A stretch of 64,000 nt of DNA from Candidatus Woesearchaeota archaeon (GTDB lineage: Archaea; Nanobdellota; Nanobdellia; Pacearchaeales; GW2011-AR1), in NCBI GenBank assembly GCA_964530945.1, contig CAZHCJ010000002.1, forward strand, positions 14,899 to 78,898, read 5' to 3'. This document shows, piece after piece, positions 55,663 to 64,000 of this stretch. The notes beneath the pieces were generated by a model, which saw only the letters and a list, made by a program, of their open reading frames with translations, searched no databases and was not told the origin of the DNA. Position 1 is the stretch's first letter. Every line of letters starts with the position of its first letter. Position numbers and translations under genes: made by a program.

Positions 55663-56409
55663 ATGTCGAAAGAAACAATTACATTAAAAAGAGACACTTT
55701 GTGGAAAGTTGCTACAGGTATTTTTGCGTTATTATTTATAGTTGCATTGTTTTCGGGAGGGCTTAATTTTTCGGGACCTGATAGTCAAGGAACTTCAGGA
55801 AACAGCGTGGTTCAACAACCAAATCAACGGCCTTCAATAGTGGAAGCTAGTGTTGATGATGATCCTGTTTTTGGAAATGAAAATGCTCCTGTAACAATGA
55901 TAGAATTTAGTGATTACCAGTGTCCTTTTTGTAGAAAATTCTGGACAGAAACATTACCACAAATAAAATCAGAATATATTGATACAGGTAAAGTTAAATT
56001 TGTTTACCGTGATTTTCCTTTGAATAGTATACATCCAAGTGCCCAGGCAGCGGCAGAAACTGCTGAATGTGTGAGAGATAACTATAGTGAAGATGCTTAT
56101 TGGGAAATACATGATAAGATTTTCTCAGAGCAAAATATTCTTGATGGAGGAGACCCTATAATAGGTCCTGTAAAAGGAACAGTGCAATTTAGTGAAAATG
56201 ATCTAAAGAATTGGGCAAGTGATCTAGGATATGAAATAGGAGGTTGTCTTGATTCTGGAAAATTCACGAGCGAAGTTCAAAAAGATATTACTGATGCAAC
56301 AGCCGCAGGAGGTCGTGGAACACCATATTTTGTCATTAATGGTCAACCATTGAGCGGAGCACAACCTTTTAGTTCATTTAAGCAGGTAATTGATGCAGAA
56401 TTATCTTAA
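55663..56409 (+). CDS. DsbA-like thiol:disulfide oxidoreductase, membrane-anchored (copy 2)
   Basis: SD AAAGGAGG; FSDYQCPFCRKFW; same architecture as copy 1 (ITLKRDTLWKVATGIFALLF). Confidence 0.7.
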   Translation: MSKETITLKRDTLWKVATGIFALLFIVALFSGGLNFSGPDSQGTSGNSVVQQPNQRPSIVEASVDDDPVFGNENAPVTMIEFSDYQCPFCRKFWTETLPQIKSEYIDTGKVKFVYRDFPLNSIHPSAQAAAETAECVRDNYSEDAYWEIHDKIFSEQNILDGGDPIIGPVKGTVQFSENDLKNWASDLGYEIGGCLDSGKFTSEVQKDITDATAAGGRGTPYFVINGQPLSGAQPFSSFKQVIDAELS

Positions 56410-56453
56410 AAAAATTTAATTTATTTTTATTTTTTAATTCTTTATTATAAAAA

Positions 56454-56609
56454 ATGGATAAAACAATCTTTTTAGGACACCATCCTCTGAATGACCCCAC
56501 ATTGGTAGGAACTGGCGCCACCTCAAATACAGGAGGGTTTATCATAGCAGGAATGTTCTTGTTGTTCTTTATAGGATTAATTTACTGGTTAGCCAAAAAA
56601 TCTCGCTAG
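56454..56609 (+). CDS. small membrane peptide (51 aa)
   Basis: Below track cutoff; single TM. Confidence 0.25.
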   Translation: MDKTIFLGHHPLNDPTLVGTGATSNTGGFIIAGMFLLFFIGLIYWLAKKSR

Positions 56610-56654
56610 CCTACTAACGAAAGATTTAAATAAACATATGTATGATAATATCAT

Positions 56655-57017
56655 ATGATAGACAAGAACATATTAAAAACATGTCACAGTGAAGGTTATG
56701 AAGAAGATGATATTTATGGCGCGTATAAAATATTTTTTGGAACTCTTGTGAGTGAGTCAAGATTAAGAATAATTAATGTCTTAAGAAAAGGTAAAAAAAA
56801 TGTTTCAGGGATTATTAAAGAATTAAAAATGGATCAAACAAGCGTTTCACACAATCTTTCAAGGCTTAAACAATGTGGATTTGTTGATTCCAAAAGAAAT
56901 GGAAAATTTGTTTATTATGAATTAAACGAGAAAACAATTAATCCTCTGATGGATTTAATTGATAAACATATGTCAAGACATTGTTTGCACATACTCAAGG
57001 AGATAAAAAATGAATAA
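56655..57017 (+). CDS. ArsR/SmtB-family metalloregulator
   Basis: LRIINVLRKGKKNVSGIIKELKMDQTSVSHNLSRLKQCGFVDSKRNGKFVYYEL HTH plus N- and C-terminal Cys/His. Confidence 0.75.
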   Translation: MIDKNILKTCHSEGYEEDDIYGAYKIFFGTLVSESRLRIINVLRKGKKNVSGIIKELKMDQTSVSHNLSRLKQCGFVDSKRNGKFVYYELNEKTINPLMDLIDKHMSRHCLHILKEIKNE

Positions 57018-57495
57018 AATAAATTTGATGGTTTTTTTAGCAATAGCATTTATTGTTTTTAGCTTTGCTTCTGTTCCAACTATTTTGGCACATAGTGATG
57101 AAACACTTTTAGAGGCAGAACATTTAGTTGAAGAACAAATTTCTTGCGATGAGCTTACAAATACTCAATTAGCAGCAATAGGAGATTATTATATGGAACA
57201 GATGCATCCTGGAGAAGAGCATGAGTATATGGATGAGATGATGGGTGGAGAAGGCTCAGAAAGTTTGGAAGCGATGCATATAAACATGGCATACAGATTT
57301 TATTGTGATGGCTCATATGAAAATTCAGAATACGGGATTGCCGCAAATAATATGCCTATGATGAATAATTATTTCAGTAATTCTAGTTACATGGGTTTTC
57401 AATGGATGCCTTTGTCGGTTGCAATAATTCTTGTTTTGTTAGTTGTTTTGGTTGCCTTACAAGTTAAAAAGAAATCAAAAGGAAGTAAAAAATGA
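57010..57495 (+). CDS. secreted Met/His-rich putative copper-binding protein with C-terminal TM anchor
   Basis: Signal peptide; MEQMHPGEEHEYMDEMMGG, NNMPMMNNY. Confidence 0.5.
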   Translation: MNKINLMVFLAIAFIVFSFASVPTILAHSDETLLEAEHLVEEQISCDELTNTQLAAIGDYYMEQMHPGEEHEYMDEMMGGEGSESLEAMHINMAYRFYCDGSYENSEYGIAANNMPMMNNYFSNSSYMGFQWMPLSVAIILVLLVVLVALQVKKKSKGSKK

Positions 57496-57583
57496 TTAAA
57501 AAAATATTTAACTACAGCTTGCCAATTTTTTTATTGGTTTTATCTCAGCGCATACTGGAGATGATTATTATACTCATCATTCT

Positions 57584-57706
57584 ATGATGGATGGTTATTC
57601 CGGATGGTTTTTTGGAGGGGTTTTGATGATTTTAGTTGTAATTGCTCTGATTTTAGGGATAATTTGGTTGATTAAACAAATAAGTGAAAAACCAAAAAAG
57701 AGATAA
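57584..57706 (+). CDS. small membrane peptide (40 aa), paralog of 60303-60509
   Basis: MMDGYSGWFFGG...LGIIWLIKQISEK vs MGYGMMGSYFGGGFMW...LGILWLIKELKK. Confidence 0.3.
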   Translation: MMDGYSGWFFGGVLMILVVIALILGIIWLIKQISEKPKKR

Positions 57707-57708
57707 AA

Positions 57709-57909
57709 ATGGCATTACTAAAGAAGAAATGTGCTTACTGCGGAGACAAGATTGAAAGAGAAAAAGAGATATTCAGAGATGTGAAAACCCCTGGATTTGT
57801 AGGAACAAGAAAGAAAGCATTCATGTCTGAGGAGCATGCAGATAAATATGAAAAAGAAGTTGAAGAGCATATGAAAAAACCTTCTAAGGGAGGGGGCTGT
57901 TGTGGTTAA
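57709..57909 (+). CDS. TRASH/YHS-like metal-binding small protein with C-terminal GGGCCG
   Basis: CAYCGDKI...KKAFMSEEHADKYEKE resembles the YHS/TRASH fold (CxxC ... YYFCSeeC..F) with Met/His in place of the second Cys pair. Confidence 0.45.
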   Translation: MALLKKKCAYCGDKIEREKEIFRDVKTPGFVGTRKKAFMSEEHADKYEKEVEEHMKKPSKGGGCCG

Positions 57910-57928
57910 ACAAAATAAAGAATTGTTT

Positions 57929-58045
57929 ATGTGTGAAGAATGCGAATTGAGTTATGATGATAAAAAATTTGCTAAGAAATGTGAATCATGGTGCAAAAAA
58001 CACAAATCTTGCAATCTTGAAATAACTAGACACGCTGTGAATTAG
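57929..58045 (+). CDS. small Cys-rich zinc-ribbon/TRASH-like peptide (38 aa)
   Basis: [28 protein letters not shown]: CxxC-x12-CxxxC-x5-C. Confidence 0.3.
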   Translation: MCEECELSYDDKKFAKKCESWCKKHKSCNLEITRHAVN

Positions 58046-58046
58046 A

Positions 58047-60278
58047 ATGAAAAAACCTGTTAAAGCAATAATTTCAATACAAGGAATGCATTGTGCTAGT
58101 TGCGCATCTAACATAAAGAAAAATCTTGGGAAGGTTAAGGGCGTGAAAGAGGCTAGTGTGAGTCTTATGACAAATAAGGCTGTTGTTGAACTTGATGGAG
58201 AAAAAGTTCCTGAAGAGAAATTAAGAAAAGCTATTTCTTCTGTTGGGAATTATGAAGCTTTAAACATTGAGTACTCTGACTCTGGAAAAAAGAGTGAGGA
58301 AAAACAAAAACACGAAGAGTACTCTAAAGAGCATAAACATCCTCATGGTGTTGCAAGCAATGCCGAGGAGAAAAATTGGAAACGCAAGATGGCTTGGGGG
58401 TGGATTATAACCCTTCCTGTAGCATTTCTTATGTTTTCAGAAAGATTTTTTAATATTGAAATAGGTCATATCTTGACCACTTACTTAATTCTAATACTTT
58501 CTTTTCCAGTAGTTTTTATTTTAGGCTGGAACACAATAAAAGGTGGCTTCAAGGGCCTTTCAAAATTTTACTTTAATATGGATTTGCTCATAGCTCTTGG
58601 AACGATTATAGCATATGTTTCTGGAATACTAACTTTCTTTTTACCTCTTGAAAATTATTCTGGTGTTGCAGCAATGATTATGACCATTTTTCTTACGGGA
58701 AAGTATATTGAAGCCCGTGCTCGCGGAAGAGCAGGACAGGAAATAAAGAAACTTTTGGAGTTAGGGGCTAAAAAGGCTAGGCGTTTAAAAAATGGCGAAG
58801 AAATTGAAATAGATGTTTCTGAAATAAAAAAAGGAGATATTTTGATAGTTAAACCAGGAGAAAAGATACCTACCGACGGGGTTGTTGTTAAAGGGGGAAG
58901 TAGTGTTGATGAATCAATGGTTACAGGAGAAAGTATTCCTATAGACAAAACAAAAGGTAGTAATGTTATTGGGGCAACGGTAAATCAAGATGGGATTTTA
59001 CATATTAAAGCTACAAAAGTGGGCAAAGACACATTTCTCTCACATATAATTGAATTAGTTGAAAAGACCCAAAGTTCAAAAGTCCCAATACAAGCTTTTG
59101 CAGACAAAATAACAAATATTTTTGTCCCTACAGTAATACTCATTACAATTTTAACTTTTATAGGATGGATTCTTTTTGGCGCAAGTGTCAGCAATGCTCT
59201 TGCCATAGCAATAGCTGTTTTAGTTATAGCTTGTCCGTGTGCCCTTGGACTAGCGACGCCGACTGCTTTAATGGTTGGCTCTGGAATTGGAGCTAAAAAT
59301 GGAATTTTAATTAGAAAAGGCGAGGCAATACAAACAATGAAAGAAGTTAAAACAATTGTATTAGATAAAACAGGAACAATTACTAAAGGAAAACCAGAGG
59401 TTGTTGAAGTGTATTCTTTGGGTAAAGAAAAAGAATTGATTGGAATTGCTGCAAGTTTAGAAAAGCTGAGCGAGCATCCATTATCTCATGCCATAGTTGA
59501 AAAAGGTAAAGAAATGAAAGCAAAAACCTTGAAAGTTAAAAATTTCAAAATACTTAGAGGGCGAGGAGTTCAAGGAAAAATTGGCGGTAATGATATTCTT
59601 ATTGGAAATAGTAATTTAATCAAAGAGAAAAATATTCCTCTCGGAAAACTCAAGAAAAAAGTTTCTGAGTTTGAAAATAGAGGTCATACTACAATAATCG
59701 TTTCTGAAAATAAACGTGTTTTGGGAATTATTGGTGTTGCAGATGCACCTAAAGATGATTCTAAAGAAGCAATTTTAAAACTTAAAAAAATGGGGTTGGA
59801 AGTGGTTATGATGACTGGAGATAATGAAGCGACAGCTAAAGCAATTGGCAAAAAAGTGGGCATTAATGAGGTTCTTGCAAGCGTCATGCCTGGAGATAAA
59901 GCAAAAGAAGTAAAATCTTTGCAAAATAAAAATAAAGGAATGGTTGCTTTTGTCGGAGATGGAATAAATGACGCTCCTGGATTGAAGCAAGCAAACGTGG
60001 GAATTGCGATGGGAACAGGAACAGACATCGCTATTGAAGCAGGGGACATAGTGATAGTTAAAGGCTCTCTTAATGGAGTAGTCCAAGCAATAAATCTAAG
60101 TAATGCAACATTCAGCAAGATTAAACAAAATGTATTTTGGGCATTCGCATATAATATCATTGCCATACCTGTAGCAATCGCTGGTTTGTTGCATCCTATA
60201 ATTGCAGAGCTTGCAATGGCTCTTTCGTCTGTAAGTGTTGTAGGAAATGCGAATCTGCTAAGAAGAAAAAAGATTTAA
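58047..60278 (+). CDS. copA: copper-translocating P1B-type ATPase CopA
   Basis: [18 protein letters not shown] ([14 protein letters not shown]), [25 protein letters not shown]. Confidence 0.9.
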   Translation: MKKPVKAIISIQGMHCASCASNIKKNLGKVKGVKEASVSLMTNKAVVELDGEKVPEEKLRKAISSVGNYEALNIEYSDSGKKSEEKQKHEEYSKEHKHPHGVASNAEEKNWKRKMAWGWIITLPVAFLMFSERFFNIEIGHILTTYLILILSFPVVFILGWNTIKGGFKGLSKFYFNMDLLIALGTIIAYVSGILTFFLPLENYSGVAAMIMTIFLTGKYIEARARGRAGQEIKKLLELGAKKARRLKNGEEIEIDVSEIKKGDILIVKPGEKIPTDGVVVKGGSSVDESMVTGESIPIDKTKGSNVIGATVNQDGILHIKATKVGKDTFLSHIIELVEKTQSSKVPIQAFADKITNIFVPTVILITILTFIGWILFGASVSNALAIAIAVLVIACPCALGLATPTALMVGSGIGAKNGILIRKGEAIQTMKEVKTIVLDKTGTITKGKPEVVEVYSLGKEKELIGIAASLEKLSEHPLSHAIVEKGKEMKAKTLKVKNFKILRGRGVQGKIGGNDILIGNSNLIKEKNIPLGKLKKKVSEFENRGHTTIIVSENKRVLGIIGVADAPKDDSKEAILKLKKMGLEVVMMTGDNEATAKAIGKKVGINEVLASVMPGDKAKEVKSLQNKNKGMVAFVGDGINDAPGLKQANVGIAMGTGTDIAIEAGDIVIVKGSLNGVVQAINLSNATFSKIKQNVFWAFAYNIIAIPVAIAGLLHPIIAELAMALSSVSVVGNANLLRRKKI

Positions 60279-60302
60279 ATAAAACAAAAAATTGTATTCA
60301 AT

Positions 60303-60509
60303 ATGAAAAAAGATAATTTGTTAGGGATTGTGGCTCTGGCAGTCATAGTACTGGCTTTGTTATTTGGATTCTTCTCTATGGGGTATGGGATGATGGGCTC
60401 GTATTTTGGAGGAGGTTTTATGTGGATTTTCATGTTCATAATCTGGATATTGGTTATTGTGTTTCTTATTTTAGGAATTTTGTGGTTAATCAAAGAATTG
60501 AAGAAGTAG
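60303..60509 (+). CDS. small Gly/Met-rich membrane protein
   Basis: 68 aa, 2 TM, paralog of the 57584 peptide. Confidence 0.4.
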   Translation: MKKDNLLGIVALAVIVLALLFGFFSMGYGMMGSYFGGGFMWIFMFIIWILVIVFLILGILWLIKELKK

Positions 60510-60586
60510 TGTTTAATGCTTTTCTTTGATTAAATAAGATATTTTAGACGAAATATTTATAAATTTACATCTGTATACACAAGTAA

Positions 60587-60796
60587 ATGGAAACAACAAT
60601 ACGTCTTTCTGGAAACGTTAAAAAACAGTTAGATAAGATGAAGATTCATAGTAAAGAAAGCTATAGTGATGTAATAGAATTTCTCATAGAAGATCATCTG
60701 GAATTGAGTGAAGAAACAAAGAGAAGAATTAAAAAAGCAAAAAAAAGTGAAAATTGGATTTCCCATGAAGAAGTTAAAAAAAGATTTGGTTTATAA
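60587..60796 (+). CDS. antitoxin (METTIRL family), partner of RelE/ParE
   Basis: METTIRLSGNVKKQLDKMKIHSKESYSDVIEFLIE; stop overlaps the toxin start. Confidence 0.6.
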   Translation: METTIRLSGNVKKQLDKMKIHSKESYSDVIEFLIEDHLELSEETKRRIKKAKKSENWISHEEVKKRFGL

Positions 60797-61050
60797 TGGT
60801 AGAGATAAAATGGGAAGAAAATGTTTTGAGACAATTAGATAAGCTTCCAGATGTTATTTCTAAACGAATTGTTAAAAAAGTTGATTCATTAAGAATAAGC
60901 CCATTTTCAAAAATTAAAAAATTGAAGGGTGAAGATGTATTTAGATTAAGAATCGGAGATTATAGAATAATTTTAGATGTCGATGTTAAAAACAAATTAA
61001 TAAGAATCTTATATCTAGGACACAGAAAGAATATTTATAAGAAGAAATGA
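60796..61050 (+). CDS. RelE/ParE-family toxin
   Basis: ...VFRLRIGDYRIILDVDVKNKLIRILYLGHRKNIY canonical RelE/ParE C-terminus. Confidence 0.7.
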   Translation: MVEIKWEENVLRQLDKLPDVISKRIVKKVDSLRISPFSKIKKLKGEDVFRLRIGDYRIILDVDVKNKLIRILYLGHRKNIYKKK

Positions 61051-61830
61051 TTAATCCTCTTCAATCCAGCTATAACCTTTTTCTTCCAGTTTATTAACCA
61101 GTTCTCCTGTTCCAGAATGGACAATTTTACCTTTATTAATAATTGAAACTCTGTCAGGTTTGATGTGTTCAAGAATACGCTTATAGTGGGTAATGATTAA
61201 AACTGTTTTTCCTTTACCTATGTTTGTATCTGATTCTTGTGATTTGAAAGTGTTTATTCCCCGGGCAACTAACTTTAAAGAATCTATATCCAATCCAGAG
61301 TCAGTTTCATCTAAGACAGCAAGTTTAGGATTGAGAATCAACAATTGGAGAATTTCCATTTTCTTTTTCTCTCCCCCGGAGAAACCTTCATTAAGATAAC
61401 GATCAAGAAAACTTTTATCAACTCCTAGTTTTTTAGAGTGCTCCTTTAATAATTTATTAAATTCTAAAACTGACAAGAGAGATTTTTTATGAAGAGAGTT
61501 GTAAGCTTGCCTTAGAAATTTTTGTATTTGAACCCCTGAAACTTCAACAGGATTTTGAAAACTCAGAAAGATTCCTTTTTGCGCTCTTTCGTTTGGCTCT
61601 AATCCTAAAATATCTTCTCCATTTAGTAGAATCTTGCCTTGAGTAACTTTGTAGCGAGGGTCCCCCATGAGCACCTTTGCCAAGGTAGATTTTCCAGAGC
61701 CATTTGGGCCCATCAGGGCATGTGTTTGACCTCTTTCTAATTCAAGAGTTAATCCATTAAGAATTTTTATGGGTGTTTTTTTATCCTCAGGGTTCTCAAT
61801 TTCAACATGTAAGTCTTTTATTTTAAGCAT
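61051..61830 (-). CDS. sufC: Fe-S cluster assembly ATPase SufC
   Basis: Walker A GPNGSGKST, ABC signature FSGGEKKK, Walker B LAVLDETDSGLD, H-loop ITHY. Confidence 0.85.
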   Translation of the reverse strand: MLKIKDLHVEIENPEDKKTPIKILNGLTLELERGQTHALMGPNGSGKSTLAKVLMGDPRYKVTQGKILLNGEDILGLEPNERAQKGIFLSFQNPVEVSGVQIQKFLRQAYNSLHKKSLLSVLEFNKLLKEHSKKLGVDKSFLDRYLNEGFSGGEKKKMEILQLLILNPKLAVLDETDSGLDIDSLKLVARGINTFKSQESDTNIGKGKTVLIITHYKRILEHIKPDRVSIINKGKIVHSGTGELVNKLEEKGYSWIEED

Positions 61831-61838
61831 TAAAAGAA

Positions 61839-62153
61839 TTATATGCCTGCTCTTTTAAGTCTTTCTTCAAGATAACTTAATACGTTAATGGGTTTGGTCA
61901 AAGGATTTTCTCGTACATTTTTTACCGACAAAATATCCTGTCTTTTAGTGAATTCCTTAAAAATTATACTTTCAATATTCCCTTTCTCTGTTTTGTAAGC
62001 AACAACATAAAACCACGGAGCAAATTCTTCACGTCTAACATTGAGTTTTCTCCTCCATCCAAGATAGATTCCCTTACCCACTTCTTTTCCGTTGACAAAT
62101 ATCCTATAAGAGGTATTCCATTTGGGATGTTTTAAGGCGCCGTACTTTTTCAT
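61839..62153 (-). CDS. hypothetical protein in suf cluster
   Basis: 104 aa, no family recognised. Confidence 0.35.
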   Translation of the reverse strand: MKKYGALKHPKWNTSYRIFVNGKEVGKGIYLGWRRKLNVRREEFAPWFYVVAYKTEKGNIESIIFKEFTKRQDILSVKNVRENPLTKPINVLSYLEERLKRAGI

Positions 62154-62201
62154 AAGAAAATATGTTTTTCATTTTTTAAAAGAATTGTTGTGGAGTAAGT
62201 G

Positions 62202-62492
62202 CTACTTCAATGCCTTTTCTAAGGTTTCTCTTGCAGCTTCTTCATTTTTTATTGGAACTTCCTTTGCATTTATTATTTCTAGTTCATTAATGCTCGCACG
62301 GCAATAATTGAACTTGTACCCTCTGATTATCTCTTCTCCAAGACTAATCACAATTATAGAACGGTATTTATTCCCCTTTACTCCTTCAAGCTTTGTTATT
62401 AATCCTTTCCCTTCAAAAATTACTTCACCTTTTTCAATAATAGATGTGTCATATACTTCCCCTATTCTCACATCGCTGTGAAAATAAACCAT
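62202..62492 (-). CDS. hypothetical protein in suf cluster
   Basis: 96 aa, single Cys. Confidence 0.35.
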   Translation of the reverse strand: MVYFHSDVRIGEVYDTSIIEKGEVIFEGKGLITKLEGVKGNKYRSIIVISLGEEIIRGYKFNYCRASINELEIINAKEVPIKNEEAARETLEKALK

Positions 62493-62493
62493 C

Positions 62494-62871
62494 TTACATC
62501 AATGCTTTCTTCGCGGCTTCTAAAGGAAGAAGGGCACATTTAATGCGTGATGGCGAAAGTTTGAGTTTTAACATTTTTAGCATATCATTTTTGTTCATCT
62601 CTTTAACATCTTTAACGCTAAGATTTTTTAGTTTGTTTGTTAACATAGACGCAGAAACTATAGACATCACGCAACCACTTCCAGAAAACTTCACTTCAGA
62701 AATTTTTCCGCCCTTAACGATGAGATGCATGGTTATTTCATCTCCACAAAGTGTATTGTATTCTGTTGCCTTGTGAGTGGGCTTTTCAAGTTTTCCGTAG
62801 TTTTCAGGACTTTTGTACAGCTCTAGAATGTGTTCTCGGTATAAATCATCAGAGATGTTTTTGTGAGTCAT
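62494..62871 (-). CDS. sufU: SufU/IscU-like Fe-S scaffold/sulfur acceptor (NifU N-terminal domain)
   Basis: LYREHILELYKSPENYG...NTLCGDEI...FSGSGCVMSIVSASMLT...RIKCALLPLEA three conserved Cys. Confidence 0.7.
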   Translation of the reverse strand: MTHKNISDDLYREHILELYKSPENYGKLEKPTHKATEYNTLCGDEITMHLIVKGGKISEVKFSGSGCVMSIVSASMLTNKLKNLSVKDVKEMNKNDMLKMLKLKLSPSRIKCALLPLEAAKKALM

Positions 62872-64000
62872 CTATTAAACCTCGCGTTTATTTTTTTCAA
62901 ACTTTTAATAAGTTTATCTATGTCCTTTTTTGTTGTGAAAACTGAGAAGCTTGCTCTGCAAACTCCTTTAACTCCTAGAATGCTCATAAGAGGCATTGCA
63001 CACATGTGTCCTCCACGGATTGCAATTTTATCTCTGTTTAGCAACTCTGCAACGTCATGAGGATGTACATTTTTTATGTTGAACGAAACAATGCCTAGTG
63101 AGTTTTTTAAGCCAGGATTGTAAATTTCAATGTTTGGGACATTCTTCATTTCTTTTAATGCATAAGCCAAAAGTTTTCTTTCGTTTTTTCTAATGGAAGT
63201 TAGACCAATTTTGCGAAGATATTTTATTGATTCTGCTAAACCCATTGCTTCTGAAATGTTTTGAGTTCCTGCTTCAAATTTTTCAGGGGGGTTTGTGTAG
63301 GTGGCATTTTTAAAACTGACAGATTTTATCATTCCTCCTCCAAGATTAAAAGGTTTAAGTTCATTGAGCAGTTTCTCTTTGCCGTAAAGAACCCCTATTC
63401 CCATTGGCCCCAACATTTTGTGGCTTGAGAATGCTAAAAAATCGGGTTTTAATTCTTTAACGTTTATTGGCAAATGTGAGATACTTTGGGCAGCATCAAT
63501 TAGTGTTAATGCCTTGTTTTTTCTTGCAAGATTTATTATTTTTTTAATTGGATTTATTGTACCGAGAACATTTGAGACGTGTGTGAATGCAACCAAAGCT
63601 GTGTGTTTGTCAATTTTTTCTTTTGCATCTTTCATATCTAGTGTAAATGTGTTTTTATTTAGTTTTATGAAACGCAATTCCATTTTGTTATCTTTTGCAA
63701 AACGTTGCCACGGAATAAGGTTGCTATGGTGTTCCATTTCGGTCAAAACAATGTTGCGCTTGCCTTTTTTAATTAAAGGTTTAATGCTGTTTGCAAGAAG
63801 GTTGATGGATTCTGTAGTATTACGTGTAAAGACAATCTCGTTTGGTTTGGAGTTTATGAAACTCGCTATAATTTTTCTTGCATTATTGTATTTTTGCATT
63901 GCCCGATCTGCCAAAGTGTACAACCCTCTGTCAACATTTGCATTATCTTTTCTTGAGAAATTAGATATCGCTTCGATTACTTGTTTTGGACGTTGGCTTG
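62868..64000 (-). CDS. sufS: cysteine desulfurase SufS (partial; N-terminus lies beyond the window end)
   Basis: PLP-Lys context SSHKMLGPMGIGVLYG, catalytic Cys RGGHMCAMP; track start is a TTG, and the frame stays open to position 64000 reading ...RPKQVIEAISNFSRKDNANVDRG. Confidence 0.8.
   Translation of the reverse strand, partial: SQRPKQVIEAISNFSRKDNANVDRGLYTLADRAMQKYNNARKIIASFINSKPNEIVFTRNTTESINLLANSIKPLIKKGKRNIVLTEMEHHSNLIPWQRFAKDNKMELRFIKLNKNTFTLDMKDAKEKIDKHTALVAFTHVSNVLGTINPIKKIINLARKNKALTLIDAAQSISHLPINVKELKPDFLAFSSHKMLGPMGIGVLYGKEKLLNELKPFNLGGGMIKSVSFKNATYTNPPEKFEAGTQNISEAMGLAESIKYLRKIGLTSIRKNERKLLAYALKEMKNVPNIEIYNPGLKNSLGIVSFNIKNVHPHDVAELLNRDKIAIRGGHMCAMPLMSILGVKGVCRASFSVFTTKKDIDKLIKSLKKINARFNR

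Noticed and set aside
1-64000. CRISPR array or cas genes
   Set aside because: No tandem direct repeats with regular spacers were seen anywhere; the only Cas-like gene is a solitary Cas4-type nuclease.
1-64000. rRNA genes
   Set aside because: No long GC-rich non-coding stretch compatible with 16S/23S/5S; the longest non-coding gaps are 300-400 nt and AT-rich.

Overview
This 64 kb window is AT-rich (about one third GC) and reads as a compact archaeal chromosome segment, most plausibly from a DPANN-type archaeon with a small genome. Supporting this are the archaeal ribosomal proteins L7Ae, S28e, L24e, S6e and S10, aIF2-gamma, aIF5B, a KEOPS Kae1, a thermosome, Dph2 and intron-containing tRNAs, alongside DNA gyrase GyrA/GyrB. 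Coding density is high on both strands.

The window has three blocks:
- Block 1 (1-24 kb) is housekeeping. It holds Kae1, the L7Ae-S28e-L24e cluster, gyrB carrying a 192-aa mini-intein, gyrA, a Cas4-like nuclease, aIF2-gamma, S6e, aIF5B, tRNA-Ser, S10, a Kef-type antiporter and SerRS.
- Block 2 (24-47 kb) mixes stress and accessory genes. It holds tRNA-Asp flanked by several toxin-antitoxin modules, two SF2 helicases, secreted proteases and hydrolases, a candidate tRNA-Tyr with two introns, the thermosome, TrxB with a glutaredoxin-like protein, a 2Fe-2S ferredoxin in an operon with Dph2, and a subtilisin.
- Block 3 (47.5-60.5 kb) is an envelope thiol-redox and copper homeostasis island. It holds two DsbA-like oxidoreductases, a VKOR-like protein, a CuA-type cupredoxin plus a decayed paralog, a site-2 protease next to a membrane-tethered wHTH regulator (a second paralog lies downstream), DUF411, rhodanese, ArsR, Met/His-rich and TRASH/YHS-like metal binders, CopA and MazEF. 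It is followed by the start of a suf cluster (SufC, SufU, partial SufS).

Six toxin-antitoxin loci occur in 64 kb. I found no rRNA and no CRISPR array. All calls rest on motif-level reading of the supplied translations and sequence; coordinates of RNA features and internal starts may be off by a few nucleotides.
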